Shown here: positions 28,100-33,138 of the stretch, in pieces
How the letters are laid out: the number at the start of each line of letters is the position of its first letter
Position numbering within the stretch: position 1 is the stretch's first letter
Origin: an uncultured Verrucomicrobiales bacterium
GTDB lineage: Bacteria > Verrucomicrobiota > Verrucomicrobiia > Verrucomicrobiales > DEV007
DNA: 33,138 nucleotides
Direction: 5' to 3'
NCBI GenBank assembly: GCA_938091905.1
Contig: CALKOM010000071.1
Span: 1-33,138, forward strand
Notes under the pieces: generated by a model
Told to the model about the DNA's origin: nothing
Database searches by the model: none
What the model saw: the letters and a program-made list of their open reading frames with translations, nothing else
Translations under genes and position numbers: made by a program

Positions 28100-29744
28100 C
28101 GTGAACCATGTAGCCACCGCCCGACTCGGCAAGGAACAGCTGGACTTTAAGAATCTCTCGGATGACAACCGAATCGGAGGTTGGCAACTTAGCCTCAATC
28201 GCATGGACGCCACCTATTACGGTGGCTGGCTAGCTAAGAATGGGGGGTCCCAACCACAGTATTTCTACACGGCCGGGCCTACCCGAACGCTGGAGACGCC
28301 GCCTAACCAACCAGGCCGCGGAGATGACTTTCCCCAACTTAACCGCGCCGACTTCAATTTCGAAAGTCCCAGCTGCTACAAGATCAAACCCATTCAACGC
28401 ATCGCGATCGCAAGCTGGCTCACAAATTTGAGGACGTCTTGTATGAAGATGAACGCTGGTTAGATCTTGAGAAAGACTATCATCAATACATAGATTCGGC
28501 CGACTTTGCCGATTTCTTTATCTTTAACAATCTCGCGCAGAACTTTGACGGGCTCCTTCTGAGTATCTAGCCGTAGCGCTCGTCTAATGATGGCTCCTTC
28601 GTCCAGGAACGACCTGGGATTTCAACTTCGGATGCCACAATCAAGGTGGTCATCCCAATAGAAACGCGATGAACCAACTTGAGCCGCTCTGGTTCGGCCG
28701 ATAGTTTGAAGACCCAGCATTCATGCAACTCTATGCCGATCGCTGGCAAACCTTGCGGCAAGGTGCCCTGAGCTATTTGTCCACGTCAGAAGTGATTTCA
28801 AATCAAATGTTAAGGATTGGTCAAGCCACGGCCACCGCCCAAGGGATCCCACCTGCTGGTCAGCGGAAACAACGGATTCGCACCATGGAAACCTGGCCCC
28901 ATAATCGCGCCAATTGGTTAGACCGTCAGTTTCCATCGCCGCCCACGATCAATATTGTCGGCAGTACAATGGTGGCAGCCAATAGCGCTGTCAGAATCAG
29001 TGCGAACAAGGGAGTCGTCTAGGACACAACGGATGGCAGTGATCCCAGGAATGGTCATCGACTCAGCAACAAGGCCACGGTCATTCATCCACGGAATGCG
29101 CCGCCCCTACTCTCCATGAAAGCACCCTCGCGCGCCATGATACCTAGGGACACGACGATAGACTCTACTTGGTTCAAGCCGGATTTCGACGATGGTAGCT
29201 GGCCGCTTGGCCTCACCGCTTTTGGCTACGACGACGATCACACCTATCGGCGGCACATCGGTAGTAACTTAGCAGCAGAAGTGTCCGGCAAACACACCAC
29301 TGAATAGGTGCGTGTTACCATCGAGATCGGCCAAGATCCCACATCTTTCGTGTCCCTGACATTGCACATGGCTTATGATAACGGCTTCGTCACCTACTTG
29401 AATGGCGCCCGCGTGGCCGCAGACCGCGCCTCGGAAAGCCCAGCCTAGAGCTCCCTTGCAACCTCAAAGAACAGCGGTCAAGTCGGGCACACCCCACCAT
29501 GTTCGAGATCAACCAGCACAACTCAATTTTACGCCGGGGAACAAACATACTGGCCATCCACGGCCTCAATGACCAACTCAGCAGTTCGGACATGCTCGTC
29601 GCGCCGCCCCTCTCGGCCGGTGTCCCACGCTAAGGCCAAGCGTAAGGCCCTGTCATTACCAAGGAAACCACAGTCACCGCGCGGACTTACTTGAACGATC
29701 TCTGAAGCGCACCAACCCGATCGAAGATTACAATCACTCACTGA
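28100..29744 (+). pseudogene. 5'-truncated, heavily decayed CotH-kinase-family gene
   Basis: Across frames it reads FEDVLY...YHQYIDSADFADFFIFNNLAQNFDGLLLSI*, TWDFNFG, LWFGR*FEDPAFMQLYADRWQTLR, RANWLDRQFPSPP, V*DTTDGSDPR, FDDGSW...YDNGFVTYLNG, TNILAIHGLN...SSSDML. At least 3 frameshifts and 9 internal stops. The 5' boundary is approximate. Confidence 0.85.
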
Positions 29745-29757
29745 ACCCGCCGCTAAT

Positions 29758-32700
29758 CTACTCCGCCTGCAAACGGAAGAAAGCGCCGTCGTCCATGGCT
29801 TTTCTGGGAACCCGATAGATCACCGCACCCGATTCTGATTCGGTGAGCGTCAGGATCGTATCCTCGGCGACCTCTTCCCACGCTTCGAGATCACTCGACA
29901 CTTGCAAGCTCAGCCGCACGCCCGTGGTGTTAGGTCGCGGGAAAGTCTCGTACTGCAAGGTCTCGCTGTCAGTGGATGAGAGCGAGAACTTAGGAACGGA
30001 CTCACGAACCGTCGGGTCCGTTCCTAAGGCGAACTCCAGCAGATTGGCGAAGCCGTCGTGGTCGACGTCAGCCGTGGGCTCATCGTCGTCTCCAACCGAA
30101 AGGGCCCTGGCAATCCACGCGGCATAGGTAAGCATGTCTATCGGAGTTCCAGGCTCATTGTCACCCGGCAGCTCACCGGCGGCACTGGCGCGCCATTGTA
30201 AGGCATTGTCAGGCTCGGCCTTCACGGCATCGATCAGAACCAGATAGGCGCCGCCGCCATCGGCTTCGAGAGGCCACGGTTCAACATCGTTGTAGGCGAG
30301 TAATTGGAGCACCTCATCCGTACGATTGACGATCTGCAAGGGTTCACCGTCATTTGATAAGCTCCCTGAAAAGGAGCCAGCAATCGGCAAGCCAGTGCCA
30401 TACCGCATGGCACTGGCTTGCCGATTGCGGACCAGAAAGAGACGCTCGCCACCAGCAATACTCTTGATGTTTGCCCCGCTAAACTCGAATCGGATCCCTT
30501 TATTAAAGCGAACGTCATGCAGGTCGATCGTTTCTGAACCTAAGTTAAGAAGTTCAACAAACTCAAAGTCCTTGCGGCTCGGAAACCCTGCGGCGACTTC
30601 CTCCTCACTGGCCGCAGCCGGGCGGTAATGCACCTTAGAAATCGTGAGGTTCTCCACCGTAGCAGGGACTTGATTGACGACAAAGCGGGCTTCCGTCAGG
30701 GCTGACCAACCGTCAGAGTTCATCACCCGAGCTTTGACCGTCGTGGCTTCCGTGAGGGAAAAGCCAGTCTTGAATTCGACAGCCGCAGGTGACAATTCGC
30801 CGCCGGGCAAGCGAGGATCCGTACCATCAGTGGTGTAGACGATGATGCCACGAGCGAAGAGACTCTTGAGAATGCGGACGGTAAATCCACCTTCCACATA
30901 GCCGCCCAACGGACTCATTCTGGGCGCGGTGATCGCCGCACTCCATCCTTTGGCCCTAAACTGTGACAGAATCACTTTGGTCCGGCTCGGAAAGAAGTCA
31001 TTGTTTAAACGATCCAGTTCGTCCTGCCACTGATCGTCACGCGTCCAGCGCCCTGCCTGCCAGCGCGCGGTTTCAGGGATGATCGATAAGCGGATTTCTT
31101 CAGCGCGAACATTGTAGACTCTGGCAACATTTTCAGGTGTGAGGAGCCCATCGTTGTGAAAGTGCTTCTGGATGCGATCCGCCACGAGCATCGCAAAATC
31201 CTCATGCTGCATCAGTATGGGGAACATGCTATGAGGGCCACCTTTCCCGAGATTGTTGTCATTCAATCGGCGGAAAATGATGTCCGAATCCCACGCGAGA
31301 AACTTCATGCCACCACTATCCGGCTCAACAGGACCGCCTCCGGCCCAATTCTGTTCCGGGTTCCAATCCCAATCATTGCCACAGTAGTAGCTGAGCAGCA
31401 TGTAATCGACATAGTTGATAATATCGACCCGGCGCTTGAACTCTTCGTAGTCGGTGCGGGAGTTTCTCATTGCCGTCCAGGCACTCATGTCACTACTACC
31501 GATCCCTTGGCCTTTGTTGATGGCCACATAGTCGCTTTTCTGGCCACCGAGATACGTGGCAAAGTAATCCTGAGTATTGCGTTCAAGAAGCTGATAGTGG
31601 CCCCAGTAGGTGCCATTGATATACACGTGAGTCCACCGTCCACGGAGAGATTCATGGCCCATGAGAAACTGCATGTCGCTGATCCAGCGATTGCGGAGAT
31701 ACTGACCATTGCTCGGCGGCTGTGGGTTATTCGTAGCACCAAGATAGAAGAGACTATCATGCGAACCACCCCGTAGGTTCAATTGATCAAAGGAATCCGC
31801 TGCCACGTCCGTATAAAGATGATCCTCATATAAGGGAAAGCGTAGTTTCTCCGAACCGTACTCGCTTCGGAAATAGAGGCGCATGTTGTTCTTCGGATAG
31901 GCATTCAAACTGTGGCCTCCGACCCGCTTCACACCAGCGTCGATCTGGAAACCGTCCGAGCCGTCTGGAAAGATCATCTCCACGGACGTGGGATCCTCTG
32001 CCGTCTTGCTAATATCTGTGTCAGGTGTCACCAATGAAATGGCAGGATATTTCAACAGTGCTTCTCGCATCAAGGGGCCATACACTGGATCCTCGGTGAC
32101 GTTCGTTGACATCGTGTCCTGCTGGATCACATCATCCACAAAGAGATAGGTGTGCGTCTTGAGCTTTGAATTGATAAAACCGCTTTTCTCAGCACGGGCG
32201 CGAACGGTGGTGGTTCTAGAAATCGCTATCGCGCTATCGTAAGTCTTGCCAGTAAACAAGGACGGCTCACTGCCGTTGGTGGTGTAGCGAATCAACGCTC
32301 CAGGGGTTTCTGAAGTCAGCTCCAAAGCAATGGGGGCATCTTGGTAGCCACGTTTGACACTGAACTTAACGCTGGAAACGAGACCTTCGCTAGACGCGCC
32401 ATTGGCTTCTCCCTGCGTCGGACTTGGAAAGTAACCGGCCACGTCACCATCTTCAGAGATCCCGTAAGAGACATCTCGCCGTTGTGCCGGATACAGTGGC
32501 GCAAATTCATGCGCAATCGTGATGCCGTCAGGTTCGACGAGAGCCAAATACTCGCCATCGCCGGTGAGACTGAAATTGGCATGCACTTCAGAGCTGAATA
32601 GGCCAGAGAAGTCTTTGCCAGACGCATGAATAACCGAGTACCCTCTAGCTGGAACTGATCCCATAGGAATGGTCCATTTGGTTAGACGGTCGGCATCATC

Positions 32701-32898
32701 CGTAAGATACCAGCCCTTGAGAGCAACAGCGGTGTCTCCCGAATTGTGAATCTCGATCCAATCAGAACGATCACCATCTTTATCGACGTCGCCACTCCCA
32801 TTGATAGCCAGGAACTCGCTGATGGAGAGGGTTCCAAAAGCGCTCATCTGGAGAGCAGCAACGACCGTGGTAACAAAGATGGGTGCATTCATGGACAT
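29758..32898 (-). CDS. Secreted CotH-family atypical kinase: lamin-tail domain, Fn3-associated, CotH, Fn3-associated, lamin-tail domain, C-terminal module
   Basis: Start likely ATG 32898 or 32892 (signal-like sequence to AFG). ISEFLA.N...DWIEIHN matches LTD; IRYTTNGSEP and YTTDGTDPR match Fn3-associated domains. Kinase motifs PKNNMRLYFR, YINGTYWGHY, NDWDWNPEQNW, WDSD. Ends QVSSDLEAW...FFRLQAE. Confidence 0.9.
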   Translation of the reverse strand: MSMNAPIFVTTVVAALQMSAFGTLSISEFLAINGSGDVDKDGDRSDWIEIHNSGDTAVALKGWYLTDDADRLTKWTIPMGSVPARGYSVIHASGKDFSGLFSSEVHANFSLTGDGEYLALVEPDGITIAHEFAPLYPAQRRDVSYGISEDGDVAGYFPSPTQGEANGASSEGLVSSVKFSVKRGYQDAPIALELTSETPGALIRYTTNGSEPSLFTGKTYDSAIAISRTTTVRARAEKSGFINSKLKTHTYLFVDDVIQQDTMSTNVTEDPVYGPLMREALLKYPAISLVTPDTDISKTAEDPTSVEMIFPDGSDGFQIDAGVKRVGGHSLNAYPKNNMRLYFRSEYGSEKLRFPLYEDHLYTDVAADSFDQLNLRGGSHDSLFYLGATNNPQPPSNGQYLRNRWISDMQFLMGHESLRGRWTHVYINGTYWGHYQLLERNTQDYFATYLGGQKSDYVAINKGQGIGSSDMSAWTAMRNSRTDYEEFKRRVDIINYVDYMLLSYYCGNDWDWNPEQNWAGGGPVEPDSGGMKFLAWDSDIIFRRLNDNNLGKGGPHSMFPILMQHEDFAMLVADRIQKHFHNDGLLTPENVARVYNVRAEEIRLSIIPETARWQAGRWTRDDQWQDELDRLNNDFFPSRTKVILSQFRAKGWSAAITAPRMSPLGGYVEGGFTVRILKSLFARGIIVYTTDGTDPRLPGGELSPAAVEFKTGFSLTEATTVKARVMNSDGWSALTEARFVVNQVPATVENLTISKVHYRPAAASEEEVAAGFPSRKDFEFVELLNLGSETIDLHDVRFNKGIRFEFSGANIKSIAGGERLFLVRNRQASAMRYGTGLPIAGSFSGSLSNDGEPLQIVNRTDEVLQLLAYNDVEPWPLEADGGGAYLVLIDAVKAEPDNALQWRASAAGELPGDNEPGTPIDMLTYAAWIARALSVGDDDEPTADVDHDGFANLLEFALGTDPTVRESVPKFSLSSTDSETLQYETFPRPNTTGVRLSLQVSSDLEAWEEVAEDTILTLTESESGAVIYRVPRKAMDDGAFFRLQAE

Positions 32899-33138
32899 TA
32901 TGGGGCGAAAGTAGCCGGGGCCTTCCAGGCAACTTACAGTAAGGTGAAATGGCACGCCAAAGGCGAACCCTATTTCAACGCGCCACGATAATGACCTTCT
33001 TCTAGGGCTAATCCATTAATTCGCTTAGAGCACTAACTCATTGACTGTCAGTTCACGATGGTGATATATAGCGCTTGCAGATCCACTTCTATGACTGACA
33101 AATATCTTATTGATTCGGCTACGTGGGCCAAGTTGCGC

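Noticed and set aside
27779..28100. ORFs 27779-28018 and the 5' part of 27840-28463
   Set aside because: No recognisable protein features. CotH similarity only begins near 28100.
28560..29450. Amber (TAG) recoding, since six in-frame TAGs interrupt the CotH remnant
   Set aside because: The TAGs replace different expected residues (Tyr, Trp, Leu), TAA/TGA stops and frameshifts also occur, and intact genes such as pgk end in TAG.
32899..32955. Extended N-terminus of the CotH gene from GTG 32955
   Set aside because: The signal-peptide-like segment begins at the downstream ATGs (32898/32892).
33041..33100. TTGACT with a downstream TATATA, plus short TGAC/GTCA palindromes
   Set aside because: The -10 match is weak, the repeats are short enough to be chance, and any target gene lies outside the window.

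Overview
Bacterial chromosome segment of moderate-to-high GC, most consistent with a Verrucomicrobiota (PVC) organism; this is inferred from the protein families present. The left third is mostly core or semi-core: a GT2 glycosyltransferase, a lipoprotein, a frameshifted GHSQG protein, tandem PilT-family ATPases behind a DUF883/YqjD, holin-like and YqjK-like trio, gap-pgk-tpiA, an orphan hisH, a three-unit GTAG-type REP cluster and a secreted sulfatase. The middle holds a decayed membrane Ser/Thr kinase (two frameshifts, one nonsense codon) still coupled to an intact ECF sigma factor. The right 18 kb is a minus-strand cluster of four secreted multidomain proteins: a 1486-aa CBM9/LamG/PA14 protein, a YWTD propeller, a 2309-aa diheme-cytochrome/FG-GAP/fucolectin/PA14 giant, and an LTD-CotH kinase. 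A convergent CotH pseudogene lies within it. All four intact proteins carry a related terminal or near-terminal module (S-x-D-[LM]-x-x-W followed by an RL/FYR ending). This is the best candidate here for an undescribed surface sorting/anchoring system. No tRNA, rRNA, CRISPR array, transposase or phage genes were seen. Domain names come from motif recognition by eye, not database searches.
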